A stretch of 64,000 nt of DNA from Promethearchaeota archaeon. Lineage in GTDB: Archaea; Asgardarchaeota; Lokiarchaeia; Sigyniarchaeales; SOKP01. Shown here piece by piece: positions 1 through 9,534 of the stretch (position 1 is its first letter; each line of letters begins with the position of its first letter). The stretch lies in NCBI GenBank assembly GCA_016840085.1, contig JAEOTA010000054.1, positions 104,327 to 168,326 on the forward strand, read 5' to 3'. Made by a program: the position numbers and the translations under genes. The notes under the pieces are model-generated. The model was not told the origin of the DNA. It saw only the letters and a program-made list of their open reading frames with translations, and did no database searches.

Positions 1-513
1 AATGTACCAGGGAGTGAGGAGTGTTATTTCTTGGTAATTGACTTGTCCTGTACAAGAATTCCTCCAAATAATCTTACTATTGATCCTCTAGATACAAATA
101 TTATAAAAAAATATCAAGAAAACATAAAAAATTTTTATTTTGATTATGATAAAATCATCGAAGTAGAGAGTAAAACTATTATACAAACAATCTTATTGGA
201 TAAAGATGTATTTACATTGATTAAAACATTAAGAGAAAGGAATCTTTCTGTAAATGAATGTTTAAATATTTTAAACAATAAAGAAGGATTATTTAACGAG
301 CTTTTAAATAAAAAGTTTATTTATGAAGCAAAAGGACTAGTTTTTATTTTCTCAGATGTTCGGTTTATTAAATTTATACCTTACTATATTATTGAAAAAT
401 TAATAGAGCGGTATAGAAACCAAGATATATCTCTAAATGAATATTTAACACACTTAAAATTATTGACTGAACAATTAGATATACACCCTTTTCTCGATTA
501 TGAAATAGTGTAA
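1..513 (+). CDS. Hypothetical protein, 5'-truncated by window edge
   Basis: Frame 1 is open from base 1 (NVPGSEECYFLVIDL...) to TAA at 511-513; no recognisable motif. Confidence 0.7.
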   Translation, partial: NVPGSEECYFLVIDLSCTRIPPNNLTIDPLDTNIIKKYQENIKNFYFDYDKIIEVESKTIIQTILLDKDVFTLIKTLRERNLSVNECLNILNNKEGLFNELLNKKFIYEAKGLVFIFSDVRFIKFIPYYIIEKLIERYRNQDISLNEYLTHLKLLTEQLDIHPFLDYEIV

Positions 514-610
514 AAATTTCTGATTTTATTAAATAAAATCATAAAATGATTTATATTATTACTTAATATCAAATTGAGATTCAACACTTTTTCAAAGGAA
601 TCCATGAATT

Positions 611-1318
611 TTATTCTTTTAACCCAAAATAGAATAACCAAGCAGAGAGAGCCATTGCAGATCTAACAAATATTAAGGTTACACCAGGAGAAAATAAACC
701 GTCTAATATGGCTCCGATAATGTATATAAAAGCTCCTAAAGATATTAAAAAAAACTTTCTCCTTATTATTCCAGTAGCTTGAATACTTTTTCTTAAAAAT
801 CCAAATCCAAGAAAAATTAATAATGATAGTAAAAATATCAAGGCTGCTATACCAGTTATTGAAGTAAAAACAAGATTATCATTAATTAAATCTCCTCCGG
901 GAGTTGAAGGATTATCGTATGTGACGGAACCTGATAGATCTATAAAAAGAAATAATTCGAAAATTATGCCTAAAACTAAATAAATTGAAAAAATATACCA
1001 TTTTTTCTTCGGTGTTATAAGTATAGCACCAATATACATAGCAAATAGGACCGCTCCAGGAAACCACATCCAATTTATAAGACCTATTATTCCAAACGAA
1101 TTATCTACATTGTCTTCAGTTAAAAGGATTGTAAAAAAATCTAAAACATCTCCTGTATAAACAAGACCAGCAAAAATATATATTAGACCCAAATATAATA
1201 TAAGATTTGAATGTTTTATTCTTGATTTAATAACAAAAAATAATCCAAAGAGAATTGAAAAAACAAAAACGCCTGATGCTGTAATCCCACTTAACCAACC
1301 TATATAAGAAAGTGTGAT
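611..1318 (-). CDS. Multi-pass (about 7 TM) membrane protein; probable non-canonical ATC start at 1318
   Basis: ORF-track frame stays open 42 codons upstream of 1192 and encodes another TM helix (YIGWLSGITASGVFVFSILFGLFFVI); AGGTGA SD-like site at 1330-1325, 6 nt before ATC; in-frame TGA at 1327-1325. Confidence 0.7.
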   Translation of the reverse strand: MTLSYIGWLSGITASGVFVFSILFGLFFVIKSRIKHSNLILYLGLIYIFAGLVYTGDVLDFFTILLTEDNVDNSFGIIGLINWMWFPGAVLFAMYIGAILITPKKKWYIFSIYLVLGIIFELFLFIDLSGSVTYDNPSTPGGDLINDNLVFTSITGIAALIFLLSLLIFLGFGFLRKSIQATGIIRRKFFLISLGAFIYIIGAILDGLFSPGVTLIFVRSAMALSAWLFYFGLKE

Positions 1319-1548
1319 AAAAATTCACCTTTTGAAGATATATTTATTATTCAATACCTGTTGTTTTTTTAGAGTTTATAAATATTTTGAGTTCTAACTT
1401 AAATTAGATATAAAGGTAATTTTTATACATGACCAAATTTACTAATGTCTATCTAATCATAATGAGAAAACGATCCAAATAGTAAAAAGAAATAAGTCTT
1501 GAAAATATCGTATTATAATAAATAGGAAATATGGAAAAATAACTAAAA

Positions 1549-2241
1549 TTAGATAGTTAAGATCGAAGTATCTGAAATCTTTTTATCAACTGGTGCCTTT
1601 CCATCTCCATAAATATGATATAATGCAGTTCTTCGTGCAATTTCATAAAAACTACGATAGATGTCCTTTTCTTGATTAAATAATGCGCAGGTTTTATAAA
1701 CTAATGGATTCCAAATATATAAGTCATTTTTAGCCTTATACCATAGTTTCTCATTTTTTAAAATCTGGATAAAATCTTCATCACTAATTACATCTTTAAG
1801 ATCTTGTTTATTCAGCATAATTATAAAAGGGATGTCTTTAATTAGCCGATTTTTTGTTATACTTTTTAATTCTAATAGAAATTCTATATTATCCTCAAAA
1901 AATCTAATTTGGGAGTCCACTACAAAAATGACAGCATCAGTTTCAGCATCAAGCATATTAAAGACTTTAATTCTAAGTGGAGTAAAACCTTTTTGACCTG
2001 CCACTGTATAAACTCTATAATACACCTTTTTATGTTTCTTTGATTGAAAAATCCCTCTATCAAAATAGAGTGTAGCACCACTTGCTCTATCTATTTTTTT
2101 TAAATCACCAACAGGAATAATTTCTCTTGTACCTTCTTTTGTTAATTTATAAAGTGTATTTAGTATGGTAGTTTTACCTGATCTTGCCATGCCATAATAT
2201 ACTATCTTTAAATAGATGTTACCCTCTTTGTATTGAACCAT
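1549..2241 (-). CDS. Small GTPase, MglA/Arf-like
   Basis: KIVYYG-MARSGKTT P-loop, TLYFD, TVAGQ (MglA-type G3), NKQD G4. Confidence 0.85.
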   Translation of the reverse strand: MVQYKEGNIYLKIVYYGMARSGKTTILNTLYKLTKEGTREIIPVGDLKKIDRASGATLYFDRGIFQSKKHKKVYYRVYTVAGQKGFTPLRIKVFNMLDAETDAVIFVVDSQIRFFEDNIEFLLELKSITKNRLIKDIPFIIMLNKQDLKDVISDEDFIQILKNEKLWYKAKNDLYIWNPLVYKTCALFNQEKDIYRSFYEIARRTALYHIYGDGKAPVDKKISDTSILTI

Positions 2242-2470
2242 TAAAAAAACTCCAAACTTTTTGCAGAATTCGATTAAATATATATACTTTTCTTTATCTT
2301 TAATTATTTCACTTAAATTGATTTACCTAAGAATATATATACTAATTTTCAAAATTAAAGATTTTGCATTTTTAATTATTTTTATAAATAATAATTTTTT
2401 TTTACAATGAACAATGATTCTCACATAGATTAAGAAGTTAATTAATAAAAAGCTAAAAAAAATCGAACTC

Positions 2471-2989
2471 ATGGATGAATATACCGACTCTGACTGGAAC
2501 TGGGATTTTTATGAAGAATTGGTAGATGACGTAGAGGAAAACAAAAACATTATTGCATGCTGGGATTGTGGTAAATGCGTAGGAGAATGTCCTGCTTCTA
2601 AGATTTCTAATTTTAACATAAGAAAGATTATTCAAAAGGTTCTAAAAGGAGATAAGAGCGTATTGAAGGATTCTGACATCTGGTTTTGCTTCTTATGCGA
2701 GCGATGTAAAAAAGTTTGTCCGAAAGAGAAAATCAATATACCATTACTTATTTTAAATTTAAGAAACGAATCATTTAAGAAAGGATATGGGCCTAAATAT
2801 AACGATCTTACCAAATATGTAGAAATGTCAGAAAAGTTTCTAACAAACGGAACTGTTTTAGATAAACCTTTAGGTGAGAAGCTTCCTCAAGATCGTATTG
2901 ATGAGTTAAATGCAATTTGTGATTTTGCTCGAGTAAAATATGTTTTTAAAGCCAGTAAAAATAAAAAGAAAAAAAGAAAAAATAAATAA
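2471..2989 (+). CDS. hdrC: Heterodisulfide reductase subunit C-like 2[4Fe-4S] protein
   Basis: CWDCGKCVGECP and IWFCFLCERCKKVCP; directly upstream of hdrB. Confidence 0.85.
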   Translation: MDEYTDSDWNWDFYEELVDDVEENKNIIACWDCGKCVGECPASKISNFNIRKIIQKVLKGDKSVLKDSDIWFCFLCERCKKVCPKEKINIPLLILNLRNESFKKGYGPKYNDLTKYVEMSEKFLTNGTVLDKPLGEKLPQDRIDELNAICDFARVKYVFKASKNKKKKRKNK

Positions 2990-3017
2990 CTAACAATTTA
3001 AGATAGAATAAATTATA

Positions 3018-4031
3018 ATGGAAGCTCAAAATTTAGCGTTAGATTTAGAAAAAATTGAGAAAGACTACCCCGAAAATCCTATAGAATTTTTTAGGGGAAA
3101 GAGACTATGTTTATTTAAAGCATGTCTAGAGGCTTACTTCCCTGGTGTCAGATGGGGTATTCAAGATTTATTAGAAGACTTAGATTTAGAAGTCACCACC
3201 TGCGCTAGTCAATCTTGTTGTAGTGGAACATTTTTCCAACGGAATTTAATTACAAGAGCGCAATTTGCAGCAATAAATGAAAGAAATCTTAACGAAATGA
3301 ATCGTCAGGCAGATATTGTTTTGTTTAGTTGTAATGGATGTTATAATTCCGTTTTAAGAGGTCGAGATTTTTTAAAAGTCCCAGAAGTTAAAAAAAAAAC
3401 ACAAGATATTTTAAATAATTTAAAAAAAAAGGATTTAGGGGAAAATTATCCTAGAAAATATAATGTTCTGGGTAATCCAAAAATAAAAGTTATACATGAC
3501 TTAGACTTCTTATATTTAATAAAAAATAATGTGCTTGATTCCCTTAAATTTGATTTGAAGGGTCTCAAAGTAGCTGCACATTATGGATGTCATTACTTAA
3601 ATTTAGAAAGGGATAAAAAGTCAATTGAAAGTTATATAAAGGATAAAACCAAACTAGATGAATTTATAACTTTATTTGGTGGCATTCCTTTAGATTACCA
3701 GGAAAAAGATGAATGTTGTGGATGGGGGGCATCTCAGATTGTATTGCATCCAGAGGAGGCTTTAAAAGTTACTTATAAAAAATTGAAAAGTGCTGAAAAT
3801 GTCGGAGCAGATTTTCTATTAATGCCCTGTCCAACTTGTTTATACACACTTAGTAAACCGGAATTTAGAAATGAGATTAATACCTTATTTAACGAAAAAT
3901 TGGATATCCCTACTATTCATATAAATGAATTGATTGCAATATTAAGAGGATGTGAAGAAGAACGATGTATTACTCTAAGAAGAAGAACTCCACGTCTGGA
4001 TGAAATATTTGAAATTATTACACGAGAGTAA
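3018..4031 (+). CDS. hdrB: Heterodisulfide reductase subunit B-like (CCG domains)
   Basis: SCCSG, CNGC, HYGCH, ECCGWG, CPTC cysteine pattern. Confidence 0.85.
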   Translation: MEAQNLALDLEKIEKDYPENPIEFFRGKRLCLFKACLEAYFPGVRWGIQDLLEDLDLEVTTCASQSCCSGTFFQRNLITRAQFAAINERNLNEMNRQADIVLFSCNGCYNSVLRGRDFLKVPEVKKKTQDILNNLKKKDLGENYPRKYNVLGNPKIKVIHDLDFLYLIKNNVLDSLKFDLKGLKVAAHYGCHYLNLERDKKSIESYIKDKTKLDEFITLFGGIPLDYQEKDECCGWGASQIVLHPEEALKVTYKKLKSAENVGADFLLMPCPTCLYTLSKPEFRNEINTLFNEKLDIPTIHINELIAILRGCEEERCITLRRRTPRLDEIFEIITRE

Positions 4032-4063
4032 TAAAAAAATTAATTCTATTAATATAAATATGG

Positions 4064-4459
4064 TTACATTTCTTCTATTGCAAATCGGGGGCAACTATCC
4101 AGGCATAGCAGACAGCCTATACACTTCTCATAAGAGAATTCTAATCTTTCTTCTTCATCAAAATGTAACGCATCAGTCGGACATAATGAAATACAAGCTC
4201 CACAATCAATGCAGTTTTCAATATTAACTATTACTCGACCTTTTTTATTTACAACTATATTATTTTGTTTCAACGATTCTGTTATCGTTTTTATTTTCTC
4301 TTCTGGAATATCCAATAATAGATTTACACCATCCGAACCTGTAGTAAACTTTAAAATATTAAAGGTAATATCGTGTCTTAAGATTTCATTTACTATTTTA
4401 GAGTAATCATTGATGTTTTTTAGTAATCCAAAAGGTATTGAAACATTTATAATAGTCAA
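4064..4459 (-). CDS. NIL-domain ferredoxin, partner of aspartate-semialdehyde sulfurtransferase
   Basis: N-terminal NIL-like domain plus CIDCGACISLCP and CIGCLLCLDSCP; 1 bp from the DUF39-CBS gene. Confidence 0.85.
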   Translation of the reverse strand: MTIINVSIPFGLLKNINDYSKIVNEILRHDITFNILKFTTGSDGVNLLLDIPEEKIKTITESLKQNNIVVNKKGRVIVNIENCIDCGACISLCPTDALHFDEEERLEFSYEKCIGCLLCLDSCPRFAIEEM

Positions 4460-4460
4460 T

Positions 4461-5951
4461 TTACATCAACTCCTCCGAAGTTATTATCCCTGTTACTTTT
4501 TCATTATCATCTATAACAGGTAAAGCAGATATATTATGTTGTTTCATTTTTCTGGCAGCATTGCTTATTGGCTCGTCATCATATGTAGTGATTACGCGTT
4601 TAGTTATAATGGATGCTAAATCATGTGCATCTTCTGCTATAGCTCTAGTAATATCGAAGCTTGTTACAATACCTTTTAGGTGGTTTTCTTTATCTGTAAT
4701 AACGATATGATTAACATTTTCCTTAATTATCTTTTCAGCAACAATCTTAATATCACAATCTTCATAACAAATTTCCGCATCCTTTTTCAAATCTTTTACA
4801 AATTTTAATTTGGAAGTCATTTTCATAGGCTTAAAAACTGTATCTGTAGGTAATGTTTCAGCAGGGGGATTTAAGTAAAATATCCCCTCTTGAATCCATT
4901 TTTTAAGAGTTTCAGCAATTTTTCGAGCATAAAATAATGATGATAATGAAGAACATTTTACTTTATTATCATTTAATTCAATATATCCACTTTTTAATTC
5001 CTTATAGCTTATTTGCTTGATATTTGGTCTGTCTCTTCTTGGAACCCCATAATCTACTATTTCAGTTAGAATCTCTTCATCTCTAATTGCTGTCTTTTTA
5101 GCTAGTCCTTCATTTAAAATAGGAATAGGAATCCCAATTCCTACAAACATCGAGGTACCATATTTTTCATAGGTTACTCCACGCAAATATTCTGGTGTCA
5201 TTTGTTTTAGGTCTCCTTTCACAAATAATGTTCCGAGTCTATTAACTGGATTGTGCTGAGTTCCCTCTCCTATGACATAACCAATCCCTCCTCCTAAAAA
5301 TATCCTAGTACCTATCCCTATAGTTTCATAATCGGGGTCATTATTTAGTGGGCTTAAGCATCCTGCTCCAGAATAATGGGCATTCCCAAAATGAGGTAAT
5401 AATTTTCCCATATAAGTATACAAAGTTCTATCAGAACTATTGATTGCACAAACATATCTTTGATATGCATTTCGCGGATTACATAAAATTGCTTGATTTA
5501 AATCCTCAATTGAAAATTCTGTGTCAACTTCAGCTAAAGGATAACAATCTGTTGTATACGAATTACCTCTCAACCTTATATATTTTCCAGAAACTAAGTC
5601 TTCAATAACATGACCTCCGCCATATTCAAAAGGTCGGACATCTGCCATTCTAGTACATCCAATATAACAGTCTACAGCAGCATTCCCATGATATGCATGT
5701 ACGTCATTTAACCACATATGCTCAAACTTTATAGGAGGATCTGTATGACCAAAATTTAAGAATGCTCCACTTGAACACATAGGTCCAAATGTTCCCGTAG
5801 TTACCACGTCAACTTCTTCTGCTGCAACCTTAATCCCTTTTTGGTCCACAATTCTAATCATTTCTTCTGCAGTAACTACAATAGCATTGCCATTTTTAAT
5901 TTTTTTATTTATTTCAGAATAAGTTTTAGTCAAATTACCACCAATATTCAC
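4461..5951 (-). CDS. Homocysteine biosynthesis enzyme (L-aspartate semialdehyde sulfurtransferase, DUF39 + CBS pair)
   Basis: VDVVTTGTFGPMCSSGAFLNFGH signature and C-terminal CBS domains; real start may be the TTG near 5933 after GGTGG. Confidence 0.9.
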   Translation of the reverse strand: MNIGGNLTKTYSEINKKIKNGNAIVVTAEEMIRIVDQKGIKVAAEEVDVVTTGTFGPMCSSGAFLNFGHTDPPIKFEHMWLNDVHAYHGNAAVDCYIGCTRMADVRPFEYGGGHVIEDLVSGKYIRLRGNSYTTDCYPLAEVDTEFSIEDLNQAILCNPRNAYQRYVCAINSSDRTLYTYMGKLLPHFGNAHYSGAGCLSPLNNDPDYETIGIGTRIFLGGGIGYVIGEGTQHNPVNRLGTLFVKGDLKQMTPEYLRGVTYEKYGTSMFVGIGIPIPILNEGLAKKTAIRDEEILTEIVDYGVPRRDRPNIKQISYKELKSGYIELNDNKVKCSSLSSLFYARKIAETLKKWIQEGIFYLNPPAETLPTDTVFKPMKMTSKLKFVKDLKKDAEICYEDCDIKIVAEKIIKENVNHIVITDKENHLKGIVTSFDITRAIAEDAHDLASIITKRVITTYDDEPISNAARKMKQHNISALPVIDDNEKVTGIITSEELM

Positions 5952-6156
5952 AATTATTTATGGTCACATTTTCAATTTTATATGAGTATGATTAATTCAA
6001 AATAAATAGTATGTAAAATTTAAATATTTGATAGATAAAAAATGCATTAAATGCATACTCACAATATATAAAGTAAGTATAAACTCAAAATTTTCAGAAT
6101 CCTTTTTAGTTTTATTATGTTTTTTTCAATAATATCATACATAAAAAGAAATTTCT

Positions 6157-7074
6157 ATGGAAAAAGATACATTTCTTAGCCAGAGTTCAACCAAAAGTTT
6201 AATTGCTATAATTCTTTTAGTTTTAACTACTATTCTTTGGGGCTCATCATTTATTCTTACAAAATATATGACTGAAAATGTCCCCATTTTCCTTTTTCTT
6301 GGAATAAGGTTTTTAATTGCATTATTCGGATTCATACCATTTTTTCCTCATTTAAAAAATATTAATAAAAAAATTATTTTGATGGGTTTTATAACTGGAA
6401 TGCTCTATTTTTTTGGTATTGCGTTTCAAACATTTGGTCTTCAAACAACAACGGCTGGGAAAGCAGGTTTTATTACCGGATTAAGTACAGTTATAGTTCC
6501 TTTTATTACTTGGCTTGGATTTAAAAAACCCCTGAATAGAAGAGTTTGGGTTGCTGTAGCATTGTCTATGGTAGGTATGGCTTTCTTACTGCTAGAAGGT
6601 GAATCTGGATTCATCATTGGTGATATCTTAGTTTTAATCTGTGCTTTCTTCTGGGCAATTTATATTGTATTTAATGATAAATACGTAAGGCTAAGTGATG
6701 TATATCTTTATTCGATCATTCAAATCTCCGTCATCTCCGGAATAAGTTTTATTTGTTCTTTAGTTTTAGGAGAAAAGTATATTTGGACCTCAACCCAACC
6801 AACTTTCTGGCTTATAATGGTTTATATGGGAATCGGTATAATGACACTCACTATTTTATTCCAAAACTGGAGCCAACAATATCAAGAACCTGCTCAAACA
6901 GCAATAATATTTACTCTTGAACCTGTATTTGCAGCTTTATTTGGATTTCTTATTGGAAATGAAGTCCTTTCATTATATGCTTGGTTTGGCTGTGCGTTGA
7001 TTTTTATTGCAATCCTTATAACGGTCTTAAAAAATAAAAATAATTATGAGGAAAATAAGAGAGATTTACTTTAA
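6157..7074 (+). CDS. DMT/EamA family transporter
   Basis: LWGSSF...K, GLQTTTAGKAGFITGL, IFTLEPVFAALF; about 10 TM. Confidence 0.9.
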   Translation: MEKDTFLSQSSTKSLIAIILLVLTTILWGSSFILTKYMTENVPIFLFLGIRFLIALFGFIPFFPHLKNINKKIILMGFITGMLYFFGIAFQTFGLQTTTAGKAGFITGLSTVIVPFITWLGFKKPLNRRVWVAVALSMVGMAFLLLEGESGFIIGDILVLICAFFWAIYIVFNDKYVRLSDVYLYSIIQISVISGISFICSLVLGEKYIWTSTQPTFWLIMVYMGIGIMTLTILFQNWSQQYQEPAQTAIIFTLEPVFAALFGFLIGNEVLSLYAWFGCALIFIAILITVLKNKNNYEENKRDLL

Positions 7075-7286
7075 ATTTATCAACGAGTTTAAATTATCTT
7101 AGACTCTTCATTTTAACTCGTTTATTATATATTAAATAACTTAATCTGTGCGTAAATCTAAAAATTTTTACTTAAACAATCATTTAAATATCTAAAAATT
7201 TATTTCTTATAATATATAAGGGTTGTTTTTTGACAAATGGCTTTTTTTAGACAATTCAGAAAAGTCAAATACCTGTGATATTGATA

Positions 7287-7445
7287 ATGACCGCACCTAA
7301 ATTAAAACCAAAAGATCTTACTATTTGTTCCAAGTGTGGTAATGTAATGGTTGGAAGAACGATCCGTACCGTTAATAGTGGTAAAGTAGAACTTCAAAGG
7401 ATAAAGCAATGTATTGTATGCCGTTTCTGGGTATCCTTAGATTGA
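7287..7445 (+). CDS. 52-aa zinc-ribbon microprotein (absent from ORF track)
   Basis: MTAPKLKPKDLTICSKCGNVMVGRTIRTVNSGKVELQRIKQCIVCRFWVSLD*; two CxxC pairs. Confidence 0.8.
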   Translation: MTAPKLKPKDLTICSKCGNVMVGRTIRTVNSGKVELQRIKQCIVCRFWVSLD

Positions 7446-7689
7446 TTATTATTGGGTATTTTCTCAATAGACTTAATCAAATTGAACTTTATAAAATTTA
7501 AGACGATGAATAAACCTAAAAATAATAAGAGATTAATATTTGGTTTTGGAATAAGCCTTTATTTTAACTTTTATCAAAAAGTAACATAAATAATAAAAGA
7601 CATTAATGATTCGGTATAAAAAAGTTTGATTTAATTTCCATATTCATAAGCAGATTAAATGAGTTCATCGAATGTAGAAATTTTATAAA

Positions 7690-7849
7690 GAAAAGGGAAG
7701 GGAAAAAAGAAATCCGTGCTTAAGTAATAAAATCAGGGAGAGAATTAAACTCATTGAGTTTAATAGAGGGCGAATTTCGGTATACCTTCGAATCGAGATT
7801 GTATATATCCAATGTTTACACGAATTTTCTTGTAGTTAGGTTTCCCTTC
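7690..7849 (-). ncRNA. Candidate structured non-coding RNA of unknown family
   Basis: Terminal stem 7849-7841/7705-7697, second stem 7831-7818/7719-7707, hairpin 7764-7744; TTTATATA about 25 nt upstream on the minus strand; U-rich 3' end. Confidence 0.5.
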
Positions 7850-8023
7850 TTATACTTTATTAGGTTTTTTTTATATAAAAATTAATTGGTTATAAAATAT
7901 TATGTTCTTATATAACGAATTTACAGATTTGAAAGTTTTGAGTATTAACCGATTCCACATATATGACAAAATTACGTTTAACTTCTAGATTTAAATTATT
8001 GAAGTTTTAATGGGTTATCAAAC

Positions 8024-8830
8024 TTAATTCAATATATCTGAAATTCTTAATTTTAATCCATCTTCAGCAGCAATAATTTTTTTGATATTTGTGTTTTCTT
8101 TTAATTTTATCACTTGACTAGGCACATGGTTTTTTTTAGAGCGTGGACCATCCATAAATGATCCAAAATGCGTAATAATCAAGCCATCTAATGGTGGATT
8201 TATTTTATTTAAATATGGAATAACTTCATCAGTACATACATGCCTTTTACAGGTGACCGAATCAGGTCGTAAAAGATTGAGAATAAGAATGTTGACCTTG
8301 GAGAATTGTTCTGAAAAGCCCTTAAAAACCATAGTGTCACTCGTATAAGCTAGAGAATAATCTGTAAGATTAAACCTTATACCAAACCCTTCGTTATATG
8401 GAGAGTGAACGACCTTGGTACCGACTATCTCAACTCCTTTATATTGGAGCTTATCACCTGCTTTAAATCGTACAATCTTCTCAAGCATATTTAGATGATA
8501 TGTCTGGATCAGACTAATCACCTCATCATTAGTAATTAATATTCCCTTTTTATGATAAATATAGTTCTTATCATGTAATATTTCTCTTGAACTTTCAATA
8601 ACAGCACTAATATCATTATAATGGTCAACATGAGCATGGGATACGATGAAAAGCTCAGTTTTTACTGGATCTTCCATATATTGATTAATTCGTACTAAAG
8701 CTCCAGGTCCAGGATCTATATGCGCTTGTAAGTTATTAAATTTATATAAAAAACCACCAGTAGCACGGTGTTGAGTTCGTATATGATACCTTCCCCCCCC
8801 AGATCCCAGTATAATAAGTTCATCATTCAT
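8024..8830 (-). CDS. MBL-fold metallo-hydrolase
   Basis: LGSGGGR, IDPGPG, SHAHVDH, YTSDT, ITHFG. Confidence 0.9.
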   Translation of the reverse strand: MNDELIILGSGGGRYHIRTQHRATGGFLYKFNNLQAHIDPGPGALVRINQYMEDPVKTELFIVSHAHVDHYNDISAVIESSREILHDKNYIYHKKGILITNDEVISLIQTYHLNMLEKIVRFKAGDKLQYKGVEIVGTKVVHSPYNEGFGIRFNLTDYSLAYTSDTMVFKGFSEQFSKVNILILNLLRPDSVTCKRHVCTDEVIPYLNKINPPLDGLIITHFGSFMDGPRSKKNHVPSQVIKLKENTNIKKIIAAEDGLKLRISDILN

Positions 8831-8856
8831 GATTTTTTGATTTATTTTTTATGAAC

Positions 8857-9390
8857 TTAATACTTACTTATATTAACTAGTTTTCTAGCTAAAACTACAA
8901 ATGGTTCCTCTACATTATAACCAGATTTAGCTGAAGTTTTTACATAGTCAATCATATTAAAAGCATTTTTAATATGAAGAGCACTTTCATCATCAACAGC
9001 GATAAAATCTTCTAAATCGTTTTTTGCTCCCACTAATACGATTGGTAAGTTGATATCATGAAGTCTTGCAATGTTTACCCATTCAAGGATATCTCCAATT
9101 TTAGGCATTTTTGTCATATCAAATAATAGAAGTGCGCCTCGTGCTCCCATAACGTAGCTTTCGAGGAGATATCTGAATCTCTTTTGGCCTCCTAGATCCC
9201 AAAGTTGCAAGGAGCAATGGAAATCATCAAAAACAACCTCTTTAATAAAAAATTCAACTCCTATTGTCATTATTGTGCTTTCATCGAAAAAACCATCTAC
9301 ATATCTTCTTAATAAGCTTGTCTTGCCCGCTCCTCCCTCTCCTGTCACTAAAATTTTAAATAAAAAATTACGCATGTGTTTTCCTAGCAA
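8857..9390 (-). CDS. Rab/Ras-like small GTPase (likely start ATG 9375)
   Basis: GEGGAGKTS, TIGVEF, WDLGGQ, AKND, TSAK; no C-terminal prenylation Cys. Confidence 0.92.
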   Translation of the reverse strand: MLGKHMRNFLFKILVTGEGGAGKTSLLRRYVDGFFDESTIMTIGVEFFIKEVVFDDFHCSLQLWDLGGQKRFRYLLESYVMGARGALLLFDMTKMPKIGDILEWVNIARLHDINLPIVLVGAKNDLEDFIAVDDESALHIKNAFNMIDYVKTSAKSGYNVEEPFVVLARKLVNISKY

Positions 9391-9534
9391 TGAATTATGA
9401 ATAAGTCTATAATAAGTGATAAATGAAAAAACATCTATTTATTTTAACATATAAAAATATACTTCAATTTTAAATTCACCATATTTGGTACATATTCTAA
9501 TGGAAAAAGATTTTTGTAGTTTTATTTATTACAT

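Noticed and set aside
7740-7800. Hammerhead ribozyme in the candidate ncRNA
   Set aside because: GAAA is present but the CUGANGA core is not (CUGAUUU)
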